DNA of 34,518 nucleotides, from positions 1-34,518 of IMG/VR virus record IMGVR_UViG_3300032270_001566; one strand, given 5' to 3'. The stretch comes from a virus (Duplodnaviria > Caudoviricetes). The notes beneath the pieces are model-generated. The model was not told the origin of the DNA and searched no databases. It worked only from the letters and a program-made list of their open reading frames with translations. Below are positions 8,526 to 21,400 of this stretch, piece after piece. How positions within the stretch are numbered: position 1 is the stretch's first letter; each line of letters opens with the position of its first letter. The translations under genes were made by a program, and so were the position numbers.

Positions 8526-9548
8526 ATGGCTTTTGTTGCACTATCGCTATCAGTACAAGAAATTTTAGAAACCACGTATGTTTCAGACATGCGAGTTATC
8601 TCTAATAGCAATATTGGATTGCTTAAGAGTAAGCTAGAAGATCTAGTTAACAATTTAAAAATTGATCTTTCTGATAAAAAGATCGGGGTTGACCCAGACA
8701 CAACCTTAACTCCATTAACTGAGTTAAAAACTAAAGTATTAACTATCCAAAATGGACAGTTATATTTCAAAAATGCAAATGGTACAGCAGATTTAATTAA
8801 ATTTGAAACTGAAACTGTAAACAGTGCAACTGTCGGAAAAATTACCACAGGTACCCTTGTAGTTAATTCGTCAATTACCTCAGCTGGGTTAGCTATATCT
8901 GGCACCTCTACTTTTACTGGAGCAATTACCGCAAACGGTCAATCTAATTTAGCAGGATCTGTTAATATTACAGGTAGCTTCTCAAACAGTAAAGAAGATG
9001 TTAGTAAGACGTTATCCGCAGTATCTGGTGCCAACCGTGCAAAAGCCGAAGTTACTCTAACTGCAACCAGTAAATCATTAATTATACTTACATTAGATGC
9101 AAGTCCATTCTATAGTGGAAGTGCTTTTCAATCTACAATTACAGATGGTATCGATATTATTCTAATAAATGATGCAAATTCCCCAGTAAGACCTGGTCAA
9201 GAATTTACAATCATGGTACGCGCAATTACCTATACATCTGGCGGAACAGTTACATATGTTAGCGGTACATATGAAACATTTGCTGCAGCAAACTCTGCTA
9301 CTCATAAAATTAGAATAATTGGTAGCAACTTTGCAATAATGGATCAAGATGCAGTAGGTCTAGATTCTACACATACTACACTTGCTTCACAATGGGCAGT
9401 TGGATTAAGTACAAACCTATTTAATTCTTCAGTAACCTTAATGAATGTTGGAACTGTTAAAAACAGTGCAAACCTACCTTCAACTTGGGGAACTAACCAA
9501 GCAAGACTTGTTGTAACTGGCGGATCAAACGCAATTTATAACATCTAA
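8526..9548 (+). CDS. Fibre/baseplate-associated structural protein
   Basis: 340 aa. N-terminal helical segment (DMRVISNSNIGLLKSKLEDL) followed by G/T/S-rich beta-repeat sequence (LAISGTSTFTGAITANGQSNLAGSVNITG) typical of trimeric fibres. Confidence 0.55.
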   Translation: MAFVALSLSVQEILETTYVSDMRVISNSNIGLLKSKLEDLVNNLKIDLSDKKIGVDPDTTLTPLTELKTKVLTIQNGQLYFKNANGTADLIKFETETVNSATVGKITTGTLVVNSSITSAGLAISGTSTFTGAITANGQSNLAGSVNITGSFSNSKEDVSKTLSAVSGANRAKAEVTLTATSKSLIILTLDASPFYSGSAFQSTITDGIDIILINDANSPVRPGQEFTIMVRAITYTSGGTVTYVSGTYETFAAANSATHKIRIIGSNFAIMDQDAVGLDSTHTTLASQWAVGLSTNLFNSSVTLMNVGTVKNSANLPSTWGTNQARLVVTGGSNAIYNI

Positions 9549-9569
9549 AAATAAAACCCTGAGCGCAAA

Positions 9570-11702
9570 ATGGCAGTTGCTCCTATTATAAAACCTATAA
9601 CCACTAGAAAGGGTATATTTTACACTTTCCAGAGTTCATTAGAAGACTTAACTTTATCATTCAACAATAGTGGTAACCAGTTTAAGTTCTCTAATTTTGT
9701 GCTTTTAAATTTACCTAATGTTGGAACTCCAGATGGAACTCCTTCAGACAATAAGCTATTTTTTAAGGCCCAAGGTGAAACGTTAATGACAGATCCTGGC
9801 CTTATTAATCAAAGTAATCAAAATTACAATTTAGCTCAAAGTTTTCAAAACTATGCATTAAATTTAGAAGCTCTACTAATTTCTCAAAATTCTTATAATA
9901 GAGAACTTCCGCTTAACGTATCAGAAAGAGTTTTTTGGAAATGGTTAAAAGAAGCAGGAGCAATTCGCTGGAGAGGTGCAAATACCTTAGAAACTTCCAC
10001 TACTGGAATTTTTACAGAAGAGGACGAGGCAGTTGGATCTTCTTATTCAAAAGTTGTCCAATATATTGGAGAAATAGATATTGTTAACTCATACAAAGGC
10101 CAAGAAAATTCATATAGTGAATTATATCTACATGTTCCAAATAATGTTGGATCTACTCCATATATCTTATTCAACTCAACAGAAGACGATAACTATAAAC
10201 CAAATATGACTATTACACATAGTCCAGAATTACCAGAAGATAGAGAAACCATTGTTGGCCGACACTATACTGATGTCCATCCTCAGGGGTTAAGTTTAAA
10301 TGCATTTTATGATTTAGATGATTCTACTGTTCTTTTAGAACAGGCCCCATACGCAGGTAGTACTTATACTGCACAAAACTGGTTTCAAGGAACTCTTAAT
10401 AATTCATATTATACAGATGGAACATACAACTCTCAACTTGCAGCATGGAAATACAATACTGCAGTAAATAAAAAGATTAAAAAGAGTAAAACTGCAAATG
10501 GTATAACTACTACTATTAACTATACCAGATCTACATTAGACGGAGTTTGTATTGATTTCAAAATTAGTGATTATTTAGTTGCAACACAAAATGCAAAAAC
10601 ATCATTTTCAGCGCTTAACGATATTAATGTTCAAAATAAAAACTTTGACTTTAATACAGTTCTAGTTTATTATGACGTAATTGATCCAGCAAACGGAACG
10701 CTAAAAGCTAAAAACTTATATGGAGTTTTATTTTTAAATAAAATCCAATCAAATGGATTAGAATTTGAAATTCCAAGATTAACTAAATATAAACCAGATC
10801 CATTAAGTAAAATTAATGGAAACTCATATGCATTTAAATTAAATGTTAAGTTTGATACATCAATTGAAGATGTTGCGGTAGAACCAATTAAAAATATTAA
10901 TGCAAATGCTGGATTTGGTTTAGATATTTACGTAGATTTAATGAATCGCTTTCAAACCGTTGCAATTAATCAAGAAAGTAAGCTTAAACAATACACTCAA
11001 CTGCAAACAGATTGGGAAAAGGTTAAAGCCAGTTTATTAACTACAACTAAAGCATCAGATCTTGAATCTAGACTATCAAGTTTAGAAAAAGCTCTTCTTG
11101 CAAATAGCGCCCTATTCCTAAATACGAAAAATGTTATTGAGAAAATAACAAATGTTGAATCTCAACTTGCAAATTTTGTAGCAGGAAAAACCTCTATTGA
11201 AGTTGCATATAATACAGATGTTGTAAAAAGTGGATATGGAATCGGTGTTAGCCGTTCAACTAATAATCAAGTTATTATTAATAATGAAAAGCCTGATTAC
11301 AATTTTGAAATAACTCCAGTATTTGATATTTCAACAACATCTCCAGTAATTCAATTAGTACCTTTTAATAATTATTATAGACATGAAAAGGCTGGTAATT
11401 CATATACTCTTACTGGAAACATTATTCTTAAAATTAATGATACTTTGACTCAATGGAAAAAGGGTCAAGTTTTACGAATAGTGTTTGCTGATCCAATTAT
11501 ATTAAATGGATATACTATAAAATTAGCTACTGATGCATTAGCAAGATCTACAAATTTAGATTTTTCTAGTGTTACCCAAGCATATAATACACAAGTTGGT
11601 ATTTTGACAGATTACGGCTGGTCCAGCGATAATCGTCCGATTTTTGAAATAATTTGTGTAAACTCACTAACCTTGGACTTTAAAATAGATAGAATACGAT
11701 AA
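9570..11702 (+). CDS. Large hypothetical virion protein (baseplate/tail region), internal coiled coil
   Basis: 710 aa ORF in the late cluster, with heptad-like segment KLKQYTQLQTDWEKVK...DLESRLSSLEKAL. No enzyme motif recognised. Confidence 0.55.
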   Translation: MAVAPIIKPITTRKGIFYTFQSSLEDLTLSFNNSGNQFKFSNFVLLNLPNVGTPDGTPSDNKLFFKAQGETLMTDPGLINQSNQNYNLAQSFQNYALNLEALLISQNSYNRELPLNVSERVFWKWLKEAGAIRWRGANTLETSTTGIFTEEDEAVGSSYSKVVQYIGEIDIVNSYKGQENSYSELYLHVPNNVGSTPYILFNSTEDDNYKPNMTITHSPELPEDRETIVGRHYTDVHPQGLSLNAFYDLDDSTVLLEQAPYAGSTYTAQNWFQGTLNNSYYTDGTYNSQLAAWKYNTAVNKKIKKSKTANGITTTINYTRSTLDGVCIDFKISDYLVATQNAKTSFSALNDINVQNKNFDFNTVLVYYDVIDPANGTLKAKNLYGVLFLNKIQSNGLEFEIPRLTKYKPDPLSKINGNSYAFKLNVKFDTSIEDVAVEPIKNINANAGFGLDIYVDLMNRFQTVAINQESKLKQYTQLQTDWEKVKASLLTTTKASDLESRLSSLEKALLANSALFLNTKNVIEKITNVESQLANFVAGKTSIEVAYNTDVVKSGYGIGVSRSTNNQVIINNEKPDYNFEITPVFDISTTSPVIQLVPFNNYYRHEKAGNSYTLTGNIILKINDTLTQWKKGQVLRIVFADPIILNGYTIKLATDALARSTNLDFSSVTQAYNTQVGILTDYGWSSDNRPIFEIICVNSLTLDFKIDRIR

Positions 11703-14700
11703 TGGCTGAAGAAACTAATTCTTTATCACAGATCTTAAATGCACTTGGCGTACAAACAGCTAATGCACAAGAGCTTATTTCAAAAATGAATCAGGCTCTT
11801 ACTACAAATTCTAGCCAAGTTGAAGTTACCCAAATTAATGAGGCAGATCCGACCTTAAGTACAACTATTCCTATTCCGTCTATTGGTTATATGAATGGTA
11901 GAATTGAAGAGATTGATACTAAATTTAAGACACTATTAAATGCAAATGGCAATACAATTGGTATTAAAGATGACCAAGGAAATATTAAACGATTTGAACT
12001 TAATGATATAACACAAACCATTTCTGATCTAGAAAAAATCGGAGATGCAAGTCTCAGTCTTCCAACCAGATTTAAAACAAAAAATAACTGGTTCTTTGAA
12101 AGTTTTCTTAGTCCATTATTATATGTTCCAATCGATGTAACTAATTATATTTCAGATGATATTTCTAAATTTGAAGTACGTCGAGTAATTGTTAATGTTG
12201 GCGAAGACACAGACCTAATTAATTATTTTAATAATAACTACAACGGTAAAAATACCATTAACTATACAACTCTTTTAAATGATCTTGTAAATAATGGAAT
12301 TTCTTATTTTGAAGATACTAATATTATTGATTTACCTGGTGCAATTAACAGATACAGAGGAACATTTAAAGTTCAAGCCATTTCTGAAATAACTGTGCCC
12401 GAAACAATTAATGGTGAAATTTTAAGTTATAGCAAAATAAAATATGTACTAGACCGTCTAGATTATACTGATGTGACTGGATCTACTCCAGCTGCTCAGC
12501 GTCGTGAATTATCAATTGGCTCTAGACTAATTACTGAGGAAAACTCAGAGTATTTAGTAGAATCAGTAGATACTAAAGATAAGTCAGTTATTTTAAAGAG
12601 AGTATTTGGATCAGATGGGATTGTTTTATTCGAAAACCTAAGAATAAAACCTGAAATCTATCGTTCACCAATTCTTGCAGTAAACATAGGTTATAATGAA
12701 AGAGAAGTAATCTTTATTAAGCCTATTAGTTCAAAAATGGATTTAACCGTAGACTTTATTTCAAGTGGATTTGGAATTTATACAAATGAATTACAAATTA
12801 CTTTACAAACTGGTCAAAACTTAACTCTAAATGAATACTACAATAATTTTGTAGCAGATTTTGGATTATTATTTTTATCATTTGCAAAAGAAAAGAAATT
12901 GCCTAATTCATTAGGATTTCAACCAAATTCTCCAACTTTAACTGCAACCAATTTTAAAGTTTTACAAATAGATTCACATGTAACTAATACGGATTCTGCC
13001 TCTACGGTAAAGAATCTAGTTTCTCAAAAAGAATCAATTAATTCTAATCTAAGAGAATTAGATAAATCTATTGATACTCTTAAGAAAACTATTAACTCTT
13101 CGGGTAATCAAAATGATGCAATTCGTTTAAAGGCTCAATCTGATTTAAATAATAAAACTTCTGCAAGAGCGCAAGCTTTTTCTCAGTTATCAACTGTAGT
13201 GAAAGAGCTTTCTCTAAATGTAAAAACTTCTCCGGAGTTTAGTATTTCACCTAAATATAGAGTACGCGGCTTCTGGGAAATTCCAGCCGATATTAATTCT
13301 CCATATGGTTTACAAAAGGTTGTGCAATTTAAAATTGCATATCGTTATCTAAGCTCAAATAAAGATGCAGCAGCAGCTGATCCAATTACATTTACTGATG
13401 CAAATGGAACACAGCGTACTGGATATTTTTCTCCGTGGACCGAAGTTTTAACTAAGTCTAAGCAAAAGACCTATAATTCAACTACTGGATTATATGAGTG
13501 GACAGAAGAAAATGTTGCAGATCCAAACTCAGTTAATATTAATCAATTGGATATTTCAATTAGAAAAGGAGAATCTGTTGAAATTAAAATTAAATCTCTT
13601 TCTGAAGCAGGTTTCCCAGATAACCCAGTTGAATCAGATTGGTCAGATTCTATTACAATAGACTTTCCATCAAATATCCAATCTTCTGAAGAAAATACTT
13701 TAATTGCTCAACAAGCAATGGCAGATGAAAGTCGAATTGCTTTACAAGAAGAATTAAATGCTAGAGGATTAGACCTACATTTATCAACGGCTTTTACAAG
13801 TAAAGATAAGTATTATTCTCACACAACCGATGCAATTGCATCAGGATTCTTTTTAGCAGATGGTACAGCAATTTCTCTTTATGATAAATTAAAAGAAATT
13901 GCAGATTCGCTTTCTGCAATTCAATCTTCTCTTTCTACTGCAACTGCTGAACTTATTGTTAGCATTGTTACACCAGAAGGAAGCGAAGTTCAAGTTACAA
14001 ATGGAACTACCGTTGATCTATTTGCAGGATATTATGTAGATTCTGCTAAATTAACAGACGGGTCTTTGGATAAAGGAAAAATAGAATCTAAAGAATACCA
14101 AGTTAAAATTAGAAATGCTTCACAAACGCCTCTAGAGTTATTATCAACATTAGGCGGAGGTATTGGTGTAGCTGCTCCAACTTCTTTCCCAGGTGCAAAT
14201 ACTGATACTCAATATAATACTTACTTAAGATACGATAAAGTTCCATTAAATGTAAATGGAGTTTCTAGTGCATCATTTAATGCGTTTACACAAAGAACAG
14301 GTTACCAATCTTCACAAGTAAAGAGCCAATTTATCTACTCTAGATATTATACAGCAGATAATGGTAAGCGCCTTTATTATGGAGACTTATTGGATCCAAC
14401 TTCACCAACTTCTAGCATAAATGAATCTTCATATTTTACAAATCAAAACTATGCATTTAGCCAATCAACCAATGCTGTTTCAGGAAAACCTAATTATATG
14501 GGAGGCCATTATTTACCTTCTATTCCAGCTGGTGGAAGCGCAACTGAAGTGTGGAGTGGTACAGTAAGTAGCGGTACTGCAGTTGGAAATGGAACTCTTA
14601 CCGAATTTTGTATTCATAAAGATCACCCATACTTAAAGAATTTAGGAACAGTTTCTCAATTTGATGTAGACCTTTTACTAGGATTAAGTACAAACCCAGT

Positions 14701-15385
14701 TTATGAGTTTTCTGTAAATACTATAACTGATACTTTACAAAAATACTTACCTTTTTCACAAGCAGTTCACTTTAATACTAGTGCTGAAGCAGTTACCAAT
14801 GAATTTGGAGTTCCATATTATGCGCAAGCTGAAAGAGTTACTCCAGAGGCACCATATGCATATAGTGATCAATTATATGCAGCATTAAATACCTTTCCAA
14901 TCAAAATTGGATTTGGTACCGGCGATAATTATCTAATTGGTAAAAAAACTTGCGGATCATACTTATTCGTAATGCCACAATCATATGCCTCAATTTCAGT
15001 GGATGGATCTAATGCAAGAACTTCAAAGCGTACAGTATCTGCTGGATCTGCTGCTTCTATAACTGTACCAGTAGTTTTCCAATTTAGAACAACTGACAAA
15101 ATTGGAGAAATTGGTGGATGGTCGACTGGTCAGAAATTAACAAACATTACATATACTAAAATTATTGGACTTGATATTTACACAAAGAGTGGATTATTTG
15201 AGTTTGATATTAAAGTTAGTGGTAAGCATGATCGTGATACAATTATTACTTCTCCTACTGTATTTACACCAGTATCAGCTGGCGGAGGCGGTGGAGGTGG
15301 AGTTTACATATCAGATTTAACTGATATTCTTAAAAACTCAGCTTTTAATTTATCCATGAATTCTTCCTTAACTAATTTTATGTAA
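11702..15385 (+). CDS. Large hypothetical virion protein, coiled-coil insert and C-terminal Gly7 tail
   Basis: 1227 aa, TAATG-coupled. Coiled coil KNLVSQKESINSNLRELDKSIDTLKK; FN3-like end SLSEAGFPDNPVESDWSDSITIDF. Confidence 0.55.
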   Translation: MAEETNSLSQILNALGVQTANAQELISKMNQALTTNSSQVEVTQINEADPTLSTTIPIPSIGYMNGRIEEIDTKFKTLLNANGNTIGIKDDQGNIKRFELNDITQTISDLEKIGDASLSLPTRFKTKNNWFFESFLSPLLYVPIDVTNYISDDISKFEVRRVIVNVGEDTDLINYFNNNYNGKNTINYTTLLNDLVNNGISYFEDTNIIDLPGAINRYRGTFKVQAISEITVPETINGEILSYSKIKYVLDRLDYTDVTGSTPAAQRRELSIGSRLITEENSEYLVESVDTKDKSVILKRVFGSDGIVLFENLRIKPEIYRSPILAVNIGYNEREVIFIKPISSKMDLTVDFISSGFGIYTNELQITLQTGQNLTLNEYYNNFVADFGLLFLSFAKEKKLPNSLGFQPNSPTLTATNFKVLQIDSHVTNTDSASTVKNLVSQKESINSNLRELDKSIDTLKKTINSSGNQNDAIRLKAQSDLNNKTSARAQAFSQLSTVVKELSLNVKTSPEFSISPKYRVRGFWEIPADINSPYGLQKVVQFKIAYRYLSSNKDAAAADPITFTDANGTQRTGYFSPWTEVLTKSKQKTYNSTTGLYEWTEENVADPNSVNINQLDISIRKGESVEIKIKSLSEAGFPDNPVESDWSDSITIDFPSNIQSSEENTLIAQQAMADESRIALQEELNARGLDLHLSTAFTSKDKYYSHTTDAIASGFFLADGTAISLYDKLKEIADSLSAIQSSLSTATAELIVSIVTPEGSEVQVTNGTTVDLFAGYYVDSAKLTDGSLDKGKIESKEYQVKIRNASQTPLELLSTLGGGIGVAAPTSFPGANTDTQYNTYLRYDKVPLNVNGVSSASFNAFTQRTGYQSSQVKSQFIYSRYYTADNGKRLYYGDLLDPTSPTSSINESSYFTNQNYAFSQSTNAVSGKPNYMGGHYLPSIPAGGSATEVWSGTVSSGTAVGNGTLTEFCIHKDHPYLKNLGTVSQFDVDLLLGLSTNPVYEFSVNTITDTLQKYLPFSQAVHFNTSAEAVTNEFGVPYYAQAERVTPEAPYAYSDQLYAALNTFPIKIGFGTGDNYLIGKKTCGSYLFVMPQSYASISVDGSNARTSKRTVSAGSAASITVPVVFQFRTTDKIGEIGGWSTGQKLTNITYTKIIGLDIYTKSGLFEFDIKVSGKHDRDTIITSPTVFTPVSAGGGGGGGVYISDLTDILKNSAFNLSMNSSLTNFM

Positions 15386-15407
15386 TATAAAAATTAAGTA
15401 GAAACAC

Positions 15408-18400
15408 GTGGCATTATCTTATAAAAAGATTACACCGTTTGATACGTCATTCGGACTAGTTAGAACAAATCCTAAGCTTACTGGAAATGTTAAGTTAGTA
15501 GTTGACTCTAGTCAGAACCTATATTTTGAATCAATTGAGGCTAATACTGAATTAGCTAAAGATAAGTATAAAGCTTATCCAATTGATCCAACTTCTCAAC
15601 ACGATTCAAACTTATATCGTTTTTTCAGTAATGGAAATACCCCAGAGTCTATTGTATTTTCTGTAAAAACCAATGTTGCGCTAGATTCAACCTCATCAAA
15701 TTTTGCAGATCAATATGATTTTTCTGAATATTTTTCAGGTGCAAGATATTGTATATCAAAGAATTATTCTGAAAAGTTTAAGTATTTTGCGCCAATCTAT
15801 TTAAATAAAGAACTTCCAGAAAAATTTGTAATTTTTAAAATTCCTGGAGCAAGTCATAAATCTATTTCAGAAACAAAGACTGATTATCCATATAATAAAC
15901 CAGAACACCTTAAATCTATATTAGAAAATGCACAAATCGTTAAGACCTTTGATTTAGGAGTAGATTCACATATTGGAAAGTATATTAAAAAGATGCAAAG
16001 CAATCCGCTTTTTCCATCAAATACTTTAAACTTTCCATTCAATAGAGGACTTCTTTCTTCTTATTCTGGTATAGCGTATAAAGCGGGGTGTTACACTGAG
16101 AAATTTGAAAATCTACAAGATATTATAATTGGCGGAAAAACCATTACAGATTTTGAAGAATATGTAACCCTAGGTTATGAACGTAATGCCATAATCTATC
16201 CATATATTTTAAATTTAGAATTTTTATTTGATGATTCATCAGATGATTTTGAGTTTAACCGATATTTTGGAATCTATTGTAATACAGTAGATCTAGCTAA
16301 TTTAGATTTTGATTTAAGTGATCACGCTGCATTAAAATTAAACACTCCAATTATAACTGATCCAAATGCATATGAATATGCGCAACTTTCGTTTATTCAA
16401 ACAAATACAAATGGATTAGATTTAAAATTCCATGCTATACCATCAGCTGTTTCATCTGCATTAACTGAATTAGATGGAGCTGGTATACTTACCCTAGAGG
16501 ATAAAAATGGAGATCTTCATAAAATTATTAGTGCAGACATTAATAATTCAAAACTAAATATTTCAACTAAATCATTAGACTTATCACTATTACATGGTCC
16601 AACTGAAGTATTTTTAGAAGACTCTGCTGATTATACAAAGGGCGGAATTCAATCATTTATTGAAATTAAGCTTACGAATATACCAAATCACTTGGATCAA
16701 ATTAGAATTTATTATCCCAATGGTAAGGCAACGAATCAAAATTCAAAAAGATATGAAACAGTAACTGCAGTTTCAAACTTTTCATATGGCGGGTCTCCTG
16801 TTTTAGGTGCGCTTGCCGTATACAATGAATACGGCCCAGATCAATTCTTTTATAGTGTAGATTCAGTTCAGCAAGAATCACTTGCAACTAAGCTTGAAAA
16901 AATTGCAGAATCATTAACTGATGCAATCAATGCAATTCAAAATAGTGGATTTAAAGCATACTCTTATCAAAATAGAATTTTTATTGTAGTTAATACTCCA
17001 GGAAATGTTTCTCTAGAATATGCGGCTCAATACATTCCAGCTATTGATGAAGTTAAGATAACTATATCAGATGAGCCAGTTTTTAGAAAAACTGCGGCCC
17101 AATTATTAGGAACTGGTACAAGTGCTCAAATCGACTTAACTTATAGCGATTATATTGTATATGGAGAGGCTACGCCAATTATTAACCAAATCAACTATTC
17201 ATTTGGCGCATTAATTGCAGATGCAGGCACCAAGACTTTGACGTTTGGTTCTGGAAACTTAGATCAAACAATTGTTATTGGCTGTCATATTGTAAATTTT
17301 GAACCAGGCTCAGCTCTAACCTCACACATATCAGTAGATAGCCAATATTTTGATAAATTACATCCAAATAAAGCTGACTTATTAATTCAATCTCCATCCG
17401 GTTGGGTTGAAATAGAAAATATTGTTAGCAGCATAGATTATATTAATTCAGGTTCATTTGAAACTGAATCTGAAAAAATCTTTGCTATCAATTATTATGA
17501 TAATAATATAAACATTTTAACTGAGCAAGGAACAGAGGCCCTTTTAAAGTTTGGTTTAGTTCAATTCAAAAAGAAATTTAAACCAGCCGTAAGCGCTCTA
17601 TCGATTATTCCAATTAAGGATTTTGATTTTGATCATACCGATAGCCAATATTCATCAGTTCAACTTAGTGATGTTTGGAAATCTGCATTTATTCCAGAAG
17701 GAATTAATATGATTAATTTGGAAAAATCTGCATATAGAGTTCTAAACGGCAGTATTAAAATTGGATCAACTATATACAATGATGGCGATCTAATTGAAAA
17801 AACATTAACTCCAACCATTGTTAGTTTTTCAACCGTTACTGGAGATCCATTTGTAATTCCAGCTCTATCTGTAAATATTCCAACATATGATGTTGAATTA
17901 GCTGAAACTAACCCAGACATTTTAGATTTTAAAGGATTCTTTACAATAACTTCTGACTATGCAGAAACTTCTCCTTCTAAAACTAACTCATACATATACA
18001 GAGATAGATTTACTAGTGGAAAGATTTCTTCAGAATATGATTCAAATTATGAAAGATATTTAATTGAGAATGCTGGAAAAAACAGATTGGTTAAATATAT
18101 TTGTAAATGGGGAGCAGATGGTTCTCTTGATGCTAGATCAAATCCATATCGATTAAATTCAGATACCGTATTTGGTGTAAATAATTTTTCGCCTGAGCCA
18201 AATAAAGTTGAGCCAGATTCTAGTTCAATGACACACGAGTGGTTTTATATTGAATCTTTATACGATTACATATATGATCCAACTGCAGCTGCTCAGAATA
18301 AATTATACTTTGATACTCCATTTGATCCACAGCTAGCAATAACTCAGGAAGGATATTTTGAAGACTATTTTATATTTACTCCAAGCTACATAAAAAATGG

Positions 18401-21400
18401 AGTATTAACTCCTTGTGCTAGAACTCAATATAGATTTTCCCAAATTAAAAAGGATAACTTAACTGGACTTGCTAAAACTATATTTAAAGGAATTAAATTT
18501 GTATTTAAGGAGGTTGTTCCAGACACAACTGAAACCGAATTATCTGGTGCTCTTAAATACGTTAGAGACTCAAACCGATTTAATAATTATAGATTTACTT
18601 CAATTTTAAAGGTAATTGAAGAAACGCCATATTCTGGTCAAAATCCAATTCAATTCAAATTTATTGAATCTAAAGATTTTAAATTTATTACTCTAGTAAT
18701 TGAATTAAGAGTTGGCCATAAATCTACACCCCTAACCACTTCTGCTAAAAAACTTTTAGTTACAAAAACTGGAGGCCTTGCAGCGGATGAACAACATGTA
18801 TTTAATAATTTATCAACCTCGTTTTCTGACTATAAACTTAATATAAACACTGTAACCACTCCATCTGGAGTAAAACCAATTTCAGATATCACATTAGCAT
18901 TTATGTATTATGCAAAAAATAAAAAGTACAATACATTAGATGCAAGTTATAGTAGTATAAACTTAGTAAATAGCTTAGATCTTTCTGTTCAAACTGGATA
19001 CGGTGAAAATGGATTACCATTCCTTAGCTCGCTAGATAAAGGTACAGACATTCAAATTATTGATGAAATCGGAAAGGTTAATACTAATAGTATTTTATCA
19101 TATAAAGATTCAGGTTCAATTAAAGTAGTCGGTAAAGCCTACCCTGAAAAGTTTACAATAGAATTTCCAATTAGTGCAACTGGATTAACTCCAAGTGGAT
19201 ATGGTCAAAGTTTAGCAACAATAACTTTACCTGGAGGAACTAGTCAGGGAATTACTTCAACTGAATTAAATTCATACGAATCAAGTGGATTAAGTCTGTA
19301 TAGCTTTGTTAAAAACAGAATTATTACATCAAATAGTATTAAAGAATCACTAGTTAATCAAACTATGATTATTGGAAGTACAATAACCCCTACTCCACTT
19401 ACTGCAAGTGTTGAAGGCGGATCTTCAACTATTGTTTTAAGCGCAGTTCCAACAACGCCACTCCTAATTGGAGCAGAGGTTGATATTGCTGGATGGTCGC
19501 AATTTGCTACTAAATTAGTTGGAATTAATAGTACAACTTTGACTTTATCTAAACCTATTAAATCTAATATTAATGTTCAAGAACAAGGTGCAGATATTAC
19601 AAGTGGAAGCCCTAACATATATTTAGCAGGAGGAACAAATTACGATGTTGAAAATTTTGGAAATGCTCCAATTAATGAAACCAGTATTGCTGTCAGCTCA
19701 TTTATATCTGGTGTATCTGAGATTACGCTAAGCTCAGCAAATAATAATGTTATTGTTGGCTGTACTGTTTCTGGAACAGGTATTGAAACTGGAACTACCA
19801 TAACTGCCAAAGTTGGTAATGTATTATACTTATCTGCAAACACAACTGCAGCAAGTGGTGGAACATATTCCTTTACTAGAACTTGGACAAATTATTCGCC
19901 AACGAATAAAGTATATGTGACTGGAACTGGAATTCCTGCAAATACGTATGTTATTAGAATAGACAATACCGCACTTGATACAAATAATCAAATAAAACCA
20001 AAGGTTATTCTTTCAGCAAATGCTACTGCAAGTGGTACTGGAGTTACTGTTAAATTTTTCCAAAAAAATGCAGCAGCTGATATAAACTTTTACCAATCTG
20101 ATATTAATCATGCAATAGCAACTCAAAATCGTGTAGCAGCAGTTGGTAGCTCTTTAATAAATGTAATCGATGTTTTAGAATTAAAAAATACTTCAACTGG
20201 TTCAACTGGATATACTTATCCAAATGCACAGCTACTTTCTTCTGAAACTAATTCGACCTTTAGCGTTTTAACATATCCTGGAGATACTAATCTTCGCATT
20301 CTTAGATTAATTAATCAAACCATATATCGATTAGAAAATGAATCTGGAATTTCTGAGGTTATTCCAATCGGTATTGTATTAACTGGTGATGTTGGAATTG
20401 GCGAACTCTCATTTGCAAATTTACCATCGTCTAATTCTACAGCAAATTCAACCACATTTAATTTTAATAAGATTATTAAAAGGGAATTAACTGTACCATC
20501 TCTAGATAAGAGTCATTGGGAAGCTGCAAACTTTGCATTATTATTAGGCGGAGAATCTTACTATAAAGGATTATTTAAAAGATTAAGTTTTACTGAATTT
20601 AAACGATCTATTGAAAGAGGTCGTTCTAATGTAACTTATACTACATATGAGAATGGCATAGAATCGACTGGTAATTTTTACATTGAAATTGAGGATGCAA
20701 CTATTGTTGAAAAATTAAAAATTCCTACGATTTCTCCAGTTAATATTCAACTTACTCAAGCTGATACTACAAGTAAAAGACAGTCCTCTAATTTGGTTGG
20801 ATATACTGCGGCTGAATCGTATTTACAAAATCCACTTTTTCTAAGAAGACATGGATCTACATATTCTCCAATTTTTAGAGAAATTACTGCATTTATGCCA
20901 GATACTACATTAAATTCAGAAATAGTTAAAGACGCTAACTGTAAATTTAATCCAAATGCAAATAGATTCTTTGAAATAAAGGGATTTGAGCATATTAAAA
21001 TTTCAGAAAAGAAGATTCTTGAACTTGAAGGAAATGATAAGTACAAACCAATTTTTGAATTGATTGGAGAAACACCAATTTCTTCAGGAGATCTATACCT
21101 ATTAGCATCAAACTGGGATTATGGATTCCATTTAGAATATATTAATAAAACTGATTCTGTTCCAGCATATGGAACTCGAAGAATTGCTGAAGATTCATAT
21201 TTTATGGCAAAGCTTGCATCTCTTCCAACTTCAATTGAAATAGATTCAGTTAGTTCAATGGAAGTTACTGAGTTTCCATCAATTTCAACAGATTATGTTA
21301 ACCGAGAAGCTGATGTTTTGTATAAAGTTAATACAGCAGATGCTCAACTTGATATAAACTTAACAAATGTATTTTCTACAAAAGTTCTTGAACTTGGCCT

